From: Candidatus Woesearchaeota archaeon | GTDB taxonomy: Archaea; Nanobdellota; Nanobdellia; Woesearchaeales; JABIAG01 | Direction of reading: 5' to 3' | DNA length: 64,000 nt | Assembly: GCA_018653365.1 (NCBI GenBank) | Contig: JABIAG010000001.1 | Location: forward strand, 192,001-256,000 | Shown here: positions 48,239-58,781 of the stretch, one piece after another | Numbering within the stretch: the first letter of the stretch is position 1 | How the letters are laid out: each line of letters opens with the position of its first letter | Translations under genes and position numbers: made by a program | The notes under the pieces: generated by a model | Told to the model about the DNA's origin: nothing | Databases searched by the model: none | Seen by the model: the letters and a program-made list of their open reading frames with translations, nothing else

Positions 48239-48810
48239 TTCGAGCCGGATTCTCTTAATTCTATCCAGTTTTTCCAGGTACGATAATGTGGCGAAAATTG
48301 AATTGTTAAATCTTTTGGAAGAAAAGAACAAATATCTCTCCAATCTCTTTCTAATTTTTCTAGTGCAGATGATTTAACTCCAGTTTCTAAACCTATACGA
48401 ACCATATCTACATAGGGAGCAAAAATTAAATGAGTTAAAGAATCACAACCAGCAATAAGCTTCGCTTCAGGAGTGGTGGGTTTAACATCGTTATTTCTAT
48501 GAGCACGAACACAATGACAAACGTCCTCGGTTAAAATTGCATTATAACCTTGATTTTTTAAAAAACTTCTAGCACGGTCTTCACCCCTAATGGCATGATC
48601 TACCTCATTTTCTAAAGGATAATGTCCACAATCATGCAACCACATACCTGCCCGTACAAGTTCTTCATTAATTACGCTAGAATTTTCAAGACTAATTAAA
48701 ACATAACCTAAAGTTGATCCAAATCCCTCTAGGTGAGCCTTAAGAGTGATGGGAGCATCTTCGGGAATAGTACTATAAAAAAATTGTTTCGCTTCTTCAA
48801 TAATGTTCAT
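48235..48810 (-). CDS. HD-domain protein
   Basis: WLHDCG, DHA, AH, CDSL; start moved to ATG 48810. Confidence 0.82.
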   Translation of the reverse strand: MNIIEEAKQFFYSTIPEDAPITLKAHLEGFGSTLGYVLISLENSSVINEELVRAGMWLHDCGHYPLENEVDHAIRGEDRARSFLKNQGYNAILTEDVCHCVRAHRNNDVKPTTPEAKLIAGCDSLTHLIFAPYVDMVRIGLETGVKSSALEKLERDWRDICSFLPKDLTIQFSPHYRTWKNWIELRESGSN

Positions 48811-48841
48811 ACAGAAAAGTAATGCTTTGATTTTTAAAAAG

Positions 48842-49159
48842 CTAATCCTCTTCTTTAATTTCCCATTTAGAAACAATAAAGATACCAAAAATACAAACCA
48901 CTGTAACCAAGATTGCAGCAACTATCTTAATAATAAAGCCACCTCCAGTTAAATTTGTGGCAGCAATTATTTTTTGAACACCTTCGTTAATAATATCTCT
49001 CCAGTACAAAGCAATAACAAAACCAAAAGCTGCAACTAATGCAGTAACACTATGAGCACGCAAATTCTTCTTTAACTCTAACGTATGCTGATAAGCTTTA
49101 GTCTCTTTTAAAGACATACACTTCTTCTTAGATCTCTTCTTAACCTTTTTCTTAACCAT
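48842..49159 (-). CDS. Small membrane protein (DUF5654-like)
   Basis: AAFGFVIALYWRD. Confidence 0.75.
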   Translation of the reverse strand: MVKKKVKKRSKKKCMSLKETKAYQHTLELKKNLRAHSVTALVAAFGFVIALYWRDIINEGVQKIIAATNLTGGGFIIKIVAAILVTVVCIFGIFIVSKWEIKEED

Positions 49160-49706
49160 TTTTTAAAACCTTTCTAATCAATCTTTGAATTTTAACTTTT
49201 TGTTTATCATTAAACACAAAACAACTACCAATTGGGAAAACTTTTGTTTTAATACCACAAAATTGTAATATGTCCTTTTTTATATGTCTCTTAAATCGTC
49301 CCATAAAAATAGAAAGAAATTTCGGAGCACCAGTAGTAATGAAAACGCTTGCACGTTTACCTTTAAGTAATCCTTTAGGCATTTTGTTCTTGAATTCATA
49401 ACTAAACCCTGTTGTGAACGTTTTATCAAAAAATCCTTTCAAAATAGCAGGCATAGTACCCCACCACAAAGGATAAATAAAGATTAAGTTCGTAGCTTGT
49501 TTAATTTTAGTTTGAAACGACTTAGTGTCAGCATTAATTTTAAACGGTTTCTTACTATACAACTCCTCATCACTAAGAACCGGATTGTACTTCATGTTAT
49601 AAAGATCAATAACTTCATAATCTGTTAAACGTTGTTTTATTTGTTCTAATAAAAAACCATTATGTCCTTTCTTATTTGGGTGTGCATATATGATTAAGTT
49701 TTTCAT
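49152..49706 (-). CDS. Flavodoxin-fold NAD(P)H dehydrogenase (quinone)
   Basis: IYAHP, YPLWWGTMPAILKGFFD. Confidence 0.92.
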   Translation of the reverse strand: MKNLIIYAHPNKKGHNGFLLEQIKQRLTDYEVIDLYNMKYNPVLSDEELYSKKPFKINADTKSFQTKIKQATNLIFIYPLWWGTMPAILKGFFDKTFTTGFSYEFKNKMPKGLLKGKRASVFITTGAPKFLSIFMGRFKRHIKKDILQFCGIKTKVFPIGSCFVFNDKQKVKIQRLIRKVLKNG

Positions 49707-49794
49707 TCTTAATTAAGAGAAGGTTTCTTTATTAAATTTGTGTTTTCGATAAATTTAAATAAGCTATAAACTAAAAAAAGAAAGAGGTGAACAA

Positions 49795-50052
49795 ATGAGC
49801 CCAAAAAAAGAACGATTAGAAGCATTAATGAGAATTCTGGTTTGTATTGTTAGTGGAATAATATTTGGAGTGTGGATGATACTAGTAAGAGTTTTAGTAA
49901 TAGTGCAATGGATAGTAGTAATAATAACTGGTAAAAAAATAAATGATATTGCAAAGTTTTGTGATATATGGAACAGAAATTTTTTTGTAATGATTAGGTA
50001 CCTAACTTTTGTAAAAGACAAAAGACCATTTCCCTTTGGAAAACTTAAATGA
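49795..50052 (+). CDS. DUF4389-like membrane protein
   Basis: IITGK, YLTF..RPFPF. Confidence 0.75.
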   Translation: MSPKKERLEALMRILVCIVSGIIFGVWMILVRVLVIVQWIVVIITGKKINDIAKFCDIWNRNFFVMIRYLTFVKDKRPFPFGKLK

Positions 50053-50408
50053 ACAAAAAGATAAATTATTGGTTGCCGCGAATATTGGCAATTATTTTTA
50101 TAATTTTTATTAGTTTATTTGCTCTAGATGCATTTGATGGATCTGGATTCTGGAAAATGATTTTGGGATTTGTAATACATTTAATTCCCACTTTTATATT
50201 AATTGGAATTACGGTTTGGGCCTGGAAAAAACCAGAATATGGTGGCTGGGCGTTTGTATTGTTGGGATGTGTGTTTGTTGTCTTCTTTAACCTGTATAAA
50301 GATCCCATATCTTTACTTTTAATAGCTGGGCCAGTATTCTTAGTTGGTGTGTTGTTCTTGTTAGAAGGAAAAAAAGGTAAGGGTAAAAGAAAGAAAAAGA
50401 AGAGATAG
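50049..50408 (+). CDS. Membrane protein
   Basis: WLPRIL, FALDAF, HLIP; four TM segments. Confidence 0.8.
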   Translation: MNKKINYWLPRILAIIFIIFISLFALDAFDGSGFWKMILGFVIHLIPTFILIGITVWAWKKPEYGGWAFVLLGCVFVVFFNLYKDPISLLLIAGPVFLVGVLFLLEGKKGKGKRKKKKR

Positions 50409-50439
50409 CTTTAAAATATCAACTAATTTCTTAAAATTT

Positions 50440-50883
50440 ATGTCTTCAAGAGCAGAAAGAACAAGAAGAGTGAATGAATATCTTCCTAGGGCAAGTAGGC
50501 TTGTGGCGGTAGTTCAAAGCAAGGGTCCAGATGCACTAAACGATTTACCGTATGCAATGTTTGCTTTAGAATCACTTCAAGCTTGGGGAAAATATTTTGC
50601 TGGAGAAAACATAGACATGTTTGATGTTACTCAAAGATTAAGGTTAAAATATGAAGGACACGCAAGTTTGCCTGTTGAAGTTGATGCATGTTCCCAACCA
50701 AAAACAACGTTTGAAGTATTAAGAGGAAGAGATCAAGCAGAACTGATCCTAGAAAGACAATTTGTCGAACATACTGGAAGGGAATTAACCGAAGATGAAT
50801 ATGATCAAATGCGAGATGCGGTAAAAGAACCTGAACTTTTTACCTTGGCATTAGTTGAAAGATTTGAAAGAAAATATTCTTAG
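50440..50883 (+). CDS. Hypothetical protein
   Basis: 147-aa ORF with TATA upstream. Confidence 0.7.
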   Translation: MSSRAERTRRVNEYLPRASRLVAVVQSKGPDALNDLPYAMFALESLQAWGKYFAGENIDMFDVTQRLRLKYEGHASLPVEVDACSQPKTTFEVLRGRDQAELILERQFVEHTGRELTEDEYDQMRDAVKEPELFTLALVERFERKYS

Positions 50884-50923
50884 TTGAAATATTGTTCTTA
50901 TTGGAAAAGAAAAAGAAAAAACA

Positions 50924-51781
50924 TTAGCATCTCCAAACATGTAATGTGTGATATTCTGGAACTGTGGGTTGATCAATACCTAATGTTTTTGTTGTAATTT
51001 CTTCTAAGCTTTCTTTTTTTGCTAAATTATTCCATTCTTCAGGAGTGTTAAAGTTAAAAGGAACATTAACTTTGTTTGCTCTCCTGAAATGGATTATTCG
51101 ATTATAAAAATGGTCAAAAATAATGTTAGCTCTTCTTTGTTGTTCTGAACTAAGATGGGTGAATTCTGTTTCTGTTTGAGTTCCTTTTTTTGCTTCTATG
51201 CCATAAACAGATTCAATTACAATTAAGTGGCCATTTGGGTTTAGTAATCTTCTTGCATCTCTTAAAGTCTTAACTGGGTCATCACTATGGTGAAGAACAG
51301 TTAGTAATAAAATATTGTCGTAGGTTTGATCTAATGTAACTTGTTCGCCTTGTTTGAATATCTGGAAGGGTAAATTAGTATCTTTAATGTGATCATGTTC
51401 ATATATGTCTGTCAAAGTAACATTGTAACCTTCTTTTGAGAGAATATGTCCAACTTTACCATCTCCACAACCAAAATCAAGTACTGAGGTTCCTTTAAGA
51501 TATGGTTTAATTTGTCTTACAATTAAATCTGCTCTACCACTTAGTTTTTCAGCAATTCTTTGTTTAGTAACTCCTCTTTCAGTCAGTAAATCATGTGCTG
51601 ATTCTTCATATTCTAATTTTGGTTTTTTTGCAAGAGTTAGTAATTGGGTTACAATAGCTTTTGGATTTTCAATATCTAATGTTTTTAAAACAGTTATTAA
51701 CGTGTTGTTAATGTATGTACTAACTTCTGAATCTGTTAGTATTTCTTTTATTTCTGGTCTTGTTTTTCCGAATGCGTTCAT
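50924..51781 (-). CDS. Class I SAM-dependent methyltransferase
   Basis: VLDFGCGDG, VLHH, LNPNG. Confidence 0.88.
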   Translation of the reverse strand: MNAFGKTRPEIKEILTDSEVSTYINNTLITVLKTLDIENPKAIVTQLLTLAKKPKLEYEESAHDLLTERGVTKQRIAEKLSGRADLIVRQIKPYLKGTSVLDFGCGDGKVGHILSKEGYNVTLTDIYEHDHIKDTNLPFQIFKQGEQVTLDQTYDNILLLTVLHHSDDPVKTLRDARRLLNPNGHLIVIESVYGIEAKKGTQTETEFTHLSSEQQRRANIIFDHFYNRIIHFRRANKVNVPFNFNTPEEWNNLAKKESLEEITTKTLGIDQPTVPEYHTLHVWRC

Positions 51782-51832
51782 TTTGTTTACCTCGTTTATT
51801 ACTGTGTAGTGGTTGTAGTATTTAAATGCTAT

Positions 51833-51848
51833 TCTCCCCTTGGGGGGA
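51833..51848. promoter_or_regulatory. Putative TrmB operator TCTCCCC-TT-GGGGGGA
   Basis: Imperfect palindrome between divergent TATA boxes. Confidence 0.55.
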
Positions 51849-51884
51849 TAAAGAAGAAAGATTTAAATAGTTAAGACGATTAAT

Positions 51885-52634
51885 TTGATTATGGATGTTA
51901 AGCCATTAGAAGAATTAGGACTGACAAATGGAGAAATAAAGGTATATTTAGCTTTAGTAAAGTTAGGTGAGACAACTTCAGGGCCAATAGTAGATGAATC
52001 TGGTATATCAGTATCAAAAGTATATTATGTTTTAGATAGACTAGCAAAAAAAGGATTAGTAAGTCATGTAGTTAAGAATAATGTAAAGCATTTTTCAGCT
52101 GCAACTCCGGATAGGTTGTTAGATTATCTAAAAGAAAAAGAGGAAAAACTAAAAGAACAAGAAAATAGTTTAAGTGAATTAATACCTGAACTAGCATTAC
52201 TAAAAGGAAGTGCAATAACAAATGAAACCGCACAAGTCTTTGACGGATTAAAAGGAATACAAACCGCAAGAGAAAGAACTCTGAAAATAATGCAAAAAGG
52301 AGATGAGATGTGGATAATTGGGATAGCAACAACACCTTATGCGGGAATGATGTCAAGATACTTTAAAGAATATCACAAAAGAAGATATTCAAAAGGAATA
52401 AAATGCAAGTTCTTGTATAATGAAAATGCATTACAACATGGTAAAGTATCTGCTTCTTATCCTTTAAGTGAGGTACGTTATATGCCAAAAGGAATGACAA
52501 GTCATGCATGGATAGAAATTTATGCAGACACAGTAACAATTGGCATTAACCAAGAAAAATCATTTTCTGTAATAATACAAAATCAACAAGTAGCAGATTC
52601 ATTTAGAATATATGCAAAGTTGTTATGGGGATGA
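51885..52634 (+). CDS. TrmB-family transcriptional regulator
   Basis: LGLTNGEIKVY, SKVYYVLDRLAKKGLV. Confidence 0.9.
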   Translation: MIMDVKPLEELGLTNGEIKVYLALVKLGETTSGPIVDESGISVSKVYYVLDRLAKKGLVSHVVKNNVKHFSAATPDRLLDYLKEKEEKLKEQENSLSELIPELALLKGSAITNETAQVFDGLKGIQTARERTLKIMQKGDEMWIIGIATTPYAGMMSRYFKEYHKRRYSKGIKCKFLYNENALQHGKVSASYPLSEVRYMPKGMTSHAWIEIYADTVTIGINQEKSFSVIIQNQQVADSFRIYAKLLWG

Positions 52635-52687
52635 TTACTCATACCTTAATGCTTCTGTAGGTTTTAGTTTAGAAGCTTTATGCGCAG
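52635..52687 (-). repeat. Displaced duplicate of the ABC permease 3' end
   Basis: 48/53 identical to 53785-53837. Confidence 0.9.
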
Positions 52688-52717
52688 ATTCTTCAAAAGA
52701 AAAACAAGAAAGAAAAA

Positions 52718-53095
52718 CTAACGTCTAGGTCTAGGTTTGGTTACTTCAGAAAGATATGCAGTAAAAGCATCAAACTCCTCTTGAGTAATTGCTCTTTCTT
52801 TCATTAAATTAAACTGATTAGCTTCACGTCTTGGCTCTACAGCCCAAACCTTAAGAGAGGGATCTCTTCCTTGATCACCAATTCTACAATATGCACTTGC
52901 ACCTCCTGGTTGAATACCGCTAGGAACTTTATCGCTTTCAGTATGCATAGAATAAAACCAGGTTATTTCCTCCGTGGCATCAACTAACGTAACTTCGGGT
53001 TTAAACTCAAGAAAAACAGATTGCGAACCTTCTGTTGCTTCACCAATACTTCTTAACCTAAACCTTGGTCTGTACATTTTTGGAACATATGACAT
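52718..53095 (-). CDS. Hypothetical protein
   Basis: 125-aa ORF with TATA upstream. Confidence 0.65.
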   Translation of the reverse strand: MSYVPKMYRPRFRLRSIGEATEGSQSVFLEFKPEVTLVDATEEITWFYSMHTESDKVPSGIQPGGASAYCRIGDQGRDPSLKVWAVEPRREANQFNLMKERAITQEEFDAFTAYLSEVTKPRPRR

Positions 53096-53166
53096 ATCAG
53101 GTAAGAACTAAGTACTTGTTTTAAAGATTTCGATGTTTTTATTCACAAAAAGAAAGAAAAAAATAA

Positions 53167-53751
53167 TCAATCTAAATGTTTAATACAATTAAACAAATTA
53201 ATTTTGTGGTTTTTATTCTCATCAAGTTCAAATATTGAAAGAGAGGTATTGTGAAAATTATCAATTGTTTTTACCTCATTTGAAGTTTTATTTGTTATGG
53301 CTGCTGTTAAAGCTTTATTTATGCCTCCATGACCCACCAATAAAACCGTTTTGTTCTTATGTGTTTCTAAAAGTTTATCTAAAAAGTTTTTTGCACGATT
53401 AAACATTGCTTCAGTAGTTTCGGCATCTTTTGGACAAGGGATGACTTTATTATTTGAAAAGCCAAGTTCTTTTTGTGTTTTTCCTTGCCAACTTCCTAAA
53501 AACTTTTCTCGCAAGCTTTTTACTAATTCAATTTTAACTTTTGTGTGAAATTTAGCAATCTCTTTAGCAGTATCCTTTGCTCTATCTAAATCACTAGAAT
53601 AAATGTAATCAATCTTTTCATCTTTTAATTTAAATGCAAGTCTTTTGGCTTGTTCAATACCTAATTTAGAAAGTTTGCCTGGAATATGACCCTGCATAAT
53701 TCCCTTTTTATTTTCTTCTGTTTCACCATGTCTAACTAAAATTACTTTCAT
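53167..53751 (-). CDS. Histidine phosphatase (phosphoglycerate mutase family)
   Basis: LVRHGET, YSSDLDRA, VGHG. Confidence 0.92.
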   Translation of the reverse strand: MKVILVRHGETEENKKGIMQGHIPGKLSKLGIEQAKRLAFKLKDEKIDYIYSSDLDRAKDTAKEIAKFHTKVKIELVKSLREKFLGSWQGKTQKELGFSNNKVIPCPKDAETTEAMFNRAKNFLDKLLETHKNKTVLLVGHGGINKALTAAITNKTSNEVKTIDNFHNTSLSIFELDENKNHKINLFNCIKHLD

Positions 53752-53784
53752 TAATTAAATAAAACTTTGAGGTATTTATAAGAT

Positions 53785-54993
53785 TTACTCATACCTTAAT
53801 GCTTCTGTAGGTTTTAATTTAGACGCTCTATATGCAGGAGCAACACCCGAAACAGCACCAACTAAAAATGAGAACAATAATGCTCCAACAATTAACCACC
53901 AGGGCATTGCCGCTTTTATAATCGAATTTCCTGTTTGAGCAATGATAAACTCAGCAAGTTTGGCAACAACAACACCAATAATAACTCCAATTAATCCCCC
54001 TAAAAAGCCAAGAATTCCTGACTCAATCAAGAAAATAGCCCAAACATCACGATTCTTAGCACCAATAGCTTTCATAACACCTACTTCCTGAGTACGTTCT
54101 AAAACAGAGGTATACATTGTATTCATAATACCAATACCTCCTACAATTAAAGAAATTCCAGCAATTCCAACAAGGAAAACATTCAATATTCCTAAAACAT
54201 TAGTAACCGCATCTAAAAATTCTGCAGTAGTACTAACCTCAAAATCCTCTTTTCCTTCTTCTACATTACGATGTTTTCTTAATTTTTTTTCAATACGATC
54301 AGCAACAACATCAGGGTCTTGAGAAGCTTTAGCAATAATAATGTCCCACTTATCATCTTCATCTAATAATTCACGATATGCGTCTTCGCTGATAAATATG
54401 GATGAATCATCTTGACTACTACCAATCGCCTCATAAATTCCAACAACCTTAAATGATTCACCATTTAATTCAATTCTGTCACGAATTTTTAAGTTAGGTT
54501 TGAACAGATCTCCTTTAGCAATACGATTACCCAACACAACTTTATGTTTATCGCCATCTTTTAGTTCTCGACCCTCTTCCACCTTAAAGTACATAAATTC
54601 TTTAATTAAACTAAGAGACTTATCAGTAGGCATTCCAGCAAGATACGTATATCTAACTTTATCATTTGCCTCAACCTTTACGCTTCCAGATAACAACCCT
54701 GCGGCTTCATCTACACCTAAAACAGATTCGATAACCCTGAGATCGTCATCAGCTAAATAATTAGTAGACAGATCAGAACCAGGAGGACCAAACCCGCCTT
54801 TAGCCTGAATTAATAATTTGTCAGTACCAAGCTTTGCAAATTCTTCTTCAACAGAAATCTTCAAACCCTGCCCTAATGAAATTAAAGAAACAATAGCAGC
54901 AATACCAATAAAAATTCCTAACATGGTGAGCCAACTACGTAACTTACGCTTTCTTAACGTTCCAATACTTAATTTAATGAATTCATCAATCAT
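53785..54993 (-). CDS. ABC transporter permease (MacB/FtsX family)
   Basis: RSWLTMLGIFIG, VLERTQEVGVMKAIGA, EALRYE. Confidence 0.93.
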   Translation of the reverse strand: MIDEFIKLSIGTLRKRKLRSWLTMLGIFIGIAAIVSLISLGQGLKISVEEEFAKLGTDKLLIQAKGGFGPPGSDLSTNYLADDDLRVIESVLGVDEAAGLLSGSVKVEANDKVRYTYLAGMPTDKSLSLIKEFMYFKVEEGRELKDGDKHKVVLGNRIAKGDLFKPNLKIRDRIELNGESFKVVGIYEAIGSSQDDSSIFISEDAYRELLDEDDKWDIIIAKASQDPDVVADRIEKKLRKHRNVEEGKEDFEVSTTAEFLDAVTNVLGILNVFLVGIAGISLIVGGIGIMNTMYTSVLERTQEVGVMKAIGAKNRDVWAIFLIESGILGFLGGLIGVIIGVVVAKLAEFIIAQTGNSIIKAAMPWWLIVGALLFSFLVGAVSGVAPAYRASKLKPTEALRYE

Positions 54994-54996
54994 TTT

Positions 54997-56214
54997 CTAT
55001 TTCCTTAAGGCATCCACAGGAGGCAAACCCGCCGCCTGTCTGGCAGGAATAATTCCTGAAAGAGTACCAATTAAAAAACCAAATAATAATGCACCAATAA
55101 TAACTAAAGGATTGAAACGAGCAACAATTAATCCTTCAGCTAAAAAGTTATTTCCAATAATTTCAACAAGTTTAGCAAAAATAATTCCTAATACGACGCC
55201 TAAAACTCCTCCAACCAAACCTAGAGTTCCAGATTCAAGTAAGAATAAGGTCATAATTGAGTTATTACGCGCACCAATCGCTTTCATAATACCGATCTCT
55301 TTTCTTCTTTCTAAAACAGAGGTAAACATAGTATTAGCAATGCCAATTCCTCCAACTAGTAACGAAATTGCAGCAATGCCAACAATAACTGCCTGAACAA
55401 CATCTAAAATGGAATTAAATGTTTCAACAGCTTGTTGAGGTGTTTCAACACTAAAATCTTCTTCACCTTCATCCACATCTCTTCTTTTTCTTAATTCTTT
55501 TTTAACTCGCTCAGCAACATCGTCAATGTCATTAACATTAATGACCTGTCCAGTAATAATGTCCACACTATCATCTAATGCGAGCGCATCAACCATTGCA
55601 TCCTCATTAATTAAAACAATACCATTAAATTGTGGATTAGACATTTTATCTAAGAAACCTATGATTTCAAATTCCATTCCATTAGCTAAAATTTTATTTC
55701 CAATCTTAGGTTTTTTATCAAAGATATCATTTTTAAAAAAGTTATAACCCAAAACAAGTTTGTACTTATCCCCTGTTTTTAACATCCGCCCATCAATCGG
55801 TTCCAAACTCATGGCATCTTCAACAAGTTTTCGTTCCTCATTACCTTCAGGCATACTGATAAAGAAACTAAATGTTTTAGTATCAGAAAATTCTAAACTG
55901 CTAGACCTTAAGAGACGATAGGCAACAACCTTAAATCCCCTAATCTTCTTTATTGCCTCATAATCATCTACTGTAAGCTTATTAACCGCAGTACTTCCAG
56001 GGGGAGCAAAACCCACATTTTGAGCTTGAATAATTAATTTATCTGTTCCAGCATCAGAAAACTGTTCAGTAATTGCTGCTCTTAATCCATCACCTAAAGC
56101 AACTAAAGAAACAACCGCAGCAATACCAATAAAAATACCTAATAGGGTCAACCAACTCCTCATACTTCGGTTGGTTAAATTCTTGATTATTATGTTGAAA
56201 AAATCGCTAAGCAT
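54997..56214 (-). CDS. ABC transporter permease (MacB/FtsX family)
   Basis: RSWLTLLGIFIG, VLERRKEIGIMKAIGA. Confidence 0.93.
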   Translation of the reverse strand: MLSDFFNIIIKNLTNRSMRSWLTLLGIFIGIAAVVSLVALGDGLRAAITEQFSDAGTDKLIIQAQNVGFAPPGSTAVNKLTVDDYEAIKKIRGFKVVAYRLLRSSSLEFSDTKTFSFFISMPEGNEERKLVEDAMSLEPIDGRMLKTGDKYKLVLGYNFFKNDIFDKKPKIGNKILANGMEFEIIGFLDKMSNPQFNGIVLINEDAMVDALALDDSVDIITGQVINVNDIDDVAERVKKELRKRRDVDEGEEDFSVETPQQAVETFNSILDVVQAVIVGIAAISLLVGGIGIANTMFTSVLERRKEIGIMKAIGARNNSIMTLFLLESGTLGLVGGVLGVVLGIIFAKLVEIIGNNFLAEGLIVARFNPLVIIGALLFGFLIGTLSGIIPARQAAGLPPVDALRK

Positions 56215-57538
56215 TATGACGTTTCTTAATCATGAAATAATATGCTAGGGCTCCAAAGATTGTTGTAATGACCAGAACAATTATCCAAACAATCTTTCTG
56301 TATCGTACCATTTTCTTTTGTAACAAATCAAATAGCATTGAAAGCCAGAATATGATTAAGAAGATTAGGAAGACAAACCCAATATATCCTCCAATAGGAT
56401 TTCCTGCACTTTTAAGACCTAACATTTTAGCTTCACTGGAAGAATATAATGGAAGGTTTAATGTAACATTTTCTTGATGAGGATTGTTTAAACTATCTTT
56501 ATAATCTAATAAAAGTGAAAGAGGAACGGAATCTTTTTTACTCTTAACAATTACGTCAAAATCAGCGGATTCAAAATCATCACTATCAATATTTCCTAAA
56601 TAAACTTCTCTTGTTGAAATAACTCTATAATCTTCAGTGTCTTGTAACGTAGCTTTCATAAATTTAAGCTCATCAACACCTATGTTTGATAAAGAAATAG
56701 AAACAGTACCTTTATCTCCAGAAGAAATAATCTCAGTTTCCTCAATGTTCTTGATTAATTGAGGTGATTCTAACATGATAAGTCCAAAAGAGGTATTTTT
56801 AGAATAAGCAGTACCCTCATTATCTTCATAAGTAATTTTTAAAGGAATATCATATAATGCAGCATCTGCATCTCCTTGTGAGATCAAGTTAAATGTGATG
56901 TTTTCAGTTTCTTGGCCCTCAAGCACTTTAATATATTTTTCATCAGAAGAACCTAAAGTTAAAAAATCAGAGGTGTCTAACTTAAATTTAACCATTCTGA
57001 AGAAAGTGTCAGCATTGTTTTCTACTTCAATATTTAGTTCAAAAGGTTGTCCAGGAGAAACTTGTTTTGGAATTGTAGTTATATCTTTAATATTTAAGAT
57101 TGCATCATTAGTTCTTACATCAATGTAAAGAGTTTGATAAACCCATTCATCAGTACCGTGTTTATATCTCACATTTATTCTGCTTGAACCCTCAACAGCA
57201 TTTTCATTAACCCTAACCTTTTTCCATTTAGCAATTATAGCTTGATCACTATTAACGCCACTTGGCACGTTACCATATTCTTTTAAACTAGGTTCGGTAA
57301 TGTCTAATGAGAAGGGATATTCTGTTATTAACTCAATTTTAAAATCTTTAAGAATATCAACACCGGTATTTTCAACCTTAACTCTTAATTCAACATAATT
57401 GCCTGGCTGAACAGGTTCAGGACTTTGTGAGTAAAGTGAAAGTTCAATTCTATTCCCACTTAGTACTCTAGTTTCTGCAGCATAAACTGAGGTTATTATA
57501 AATAAACTGATTAAAACGAATAGTAATAATTTTTTCAT
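56207..57538 (-). CDS. COG1361-like Ig-fold surface protein with C-terminal TMs
   Basis: Signal peptide, PEPVQPG..ENTG repeats; position in ABC operon. Confidence 0.8.
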   Translation of the reverse strand: MKKLLLFVLISLFIITSVYAAETRVLSGNRIELSLYSQSPEPVQPGNYVELRVKVENTGVDILKDFKIELITEYPFSLDITEPSLKEYGNVPSGVNSDQAIIAKWKKVRVNENAVEGSSRINVRYKHGTDEWVYQTLYIDVRTNDAILNIKDITTIPKQVSPGQPFELNIEVENNADTFFRMVKFKLDTSDFLTLGSSDEKYIKVLEGQETENITFNLISQGDADAALYDIPLKITYEDNEGTAYSKNTSFGLIMLESPQLIKNIEETEIISSGDKGTVSISLSNIGVDELKFMKATLQDTEDYRVISTREVYLGNIDSDDFESADFDVIVKSKKDSVPLSLLLDYKDSLNNPHQENVTLNLPLYSSSEAKMLGLKSAGNPIGGYIGFVFLIFLIIFWLSMLFDLLQKKMVRYRKIVWIIVLVITTIFGALAYYFMIKKRHNA

Positions 57539-57578
57539 AGTTTTCTTTCCTCTTTATTCCTTTATATATTTTTTGATT

Positions 57579-58262
57579 TTATTTTTTAACTGTTTTAGTT
57601 ATTTCACCATCAACTAAATACTCAATTCTATCTGCGTTTTTAGCAGTGTATTCATCGTGAGTAACCATTATGATTGTTTTACCCTCTTTGTTTAACTTAT
57701 GAAGAAAATCCATAACACTAACTCCTGTCTTACTATCTAGGTTTCCTGTAGGTTCATCCGCTAAAATAACTTCAGGATCATTAGCTAATGCTCTAGCAAT
57801 AGCAACACGCTGTTGCTGACCACCGGACATTTCTGTTGGTCGATTGTCCATACGATCTTGTAGGTCAACAATCTTTAATAATTCTTCAGCTTTTTTTACT
57901 CTTTCTTCTTTTTCAACTCCCTGAAATATCATAGGCAGCATAACATTTTCTTTAGCAGTGAGAGTGTTTATGAGATTGAATTGCTGAAAGACAAATCCTA
58001 TTTTCTTTCCTCGTATGGTAGCTAAATTAGATTCGGTAAGTTTAGAAATGTCATGACCATCTAAGTATACTGTGCCTTTTGTTGGAATGTCTAAACTGCC
58101 AAGCATGTTTAGTGCGGTAGATTTGCCTGATCCACTTGGACCCTGAACTGAAACAAATTCACCTTTATTTACTTTAATGTTAATTCCCTGAAGAGCATTA
58201 ATTTTAACAGAACCAATCTCGTAAATTTTCCAAACATCTTTAAGTTCAATTATTGGTTGCAT
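57579..58262 (-). CDS. ABC transporter ATP-binding protein (LolD/MacB-like)
   Basis: [27 protein letters not shown]. Confidence 0.96.
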   Translation of the reverse strand: MQPIIELKDVWKIYEIGSVKINALQGINIKVNKGEFVSVQGPSGSGKSTALNMLGSLDIPTKGTVYLDGHDISKLTESNLATIRGKKIGFVFQQFNLINTLTAKENVMLPMIFQGVEKEERVKKAEELLKIVDLQDRMDNRPTEMSGGQQQRVAIARALANDPEVILADEPTGNLDSKTGVSVMDFLHKLNKEGKTIIMVTHDEYTAKNADRIEYLVDGEITKTVKK

Positions 58263-58355
58263 GATAATTTATTGATTATTTTGTTTATAAGGTTTTCTAT
58301 GATGTTCTAATCTACTTTGATAATCTTTTTAAAGAAAGTTAAATTTTGATTTGTT

Positions 58356-58781
58356 ATGTCTGATAAGCCAGGTAGTTCTGAAAGAAGAGGATTTAAAAAC
58401 GAACTTTTTTCTTCAAAAACTCTTTTAAGATTGTGTGGTGTTGGGGCTATTGTTGCTTGTGGCTTGGCTGTTAACGAGTTAAGAGTTCTTTTTAGCAAAG
58501 GCATTGCTTATGATCATATTACTCCACAAGTTCGACAAATTGCTTCAGCCTATCTTAATAAACGGGCAGATAAAAATGAAGATGGGATTGTTAGAGGTAC
58601 AGAAGCAAGAAGATTAGTTCAAGAATTAGGAATTAGACTCGAGGTTGCTAGCAATACTCCTCAATGTCAGTTTTGGGCATGTTCTAATGCTTCTCCCAGA
58701 GTGTTTTATGCAAATAATGGACAGGAAGCAATAATTGGACTTCCAGCATACAATCCCGATACATTAATTGATAGATTTTAA
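58356..58781 (+). CDS. Hypothetical protein with one EF-hand-like loop
   Basis: TM segment; DKNEDGIVRGTE. Confidence 0.6.
   Translation: MSDKPGSSERRGFKNELFSSKTLLRLCGVGAIVACGLAVNELRVLFSKGIAYDHITPQVRQIASAYLNKRADKNEDGIVRGTEARRLVQELGIRLEVASNTPQCQFWACSNASPRVFYANNGQEAIIGLPAYNPDTLIDRF

Noticed and set aside
58356-58781. RRG|F as a class III (pilin) signal peptide
   Set aside because: Followed by charged and polar residues instead of an immediate hydrophobic helix
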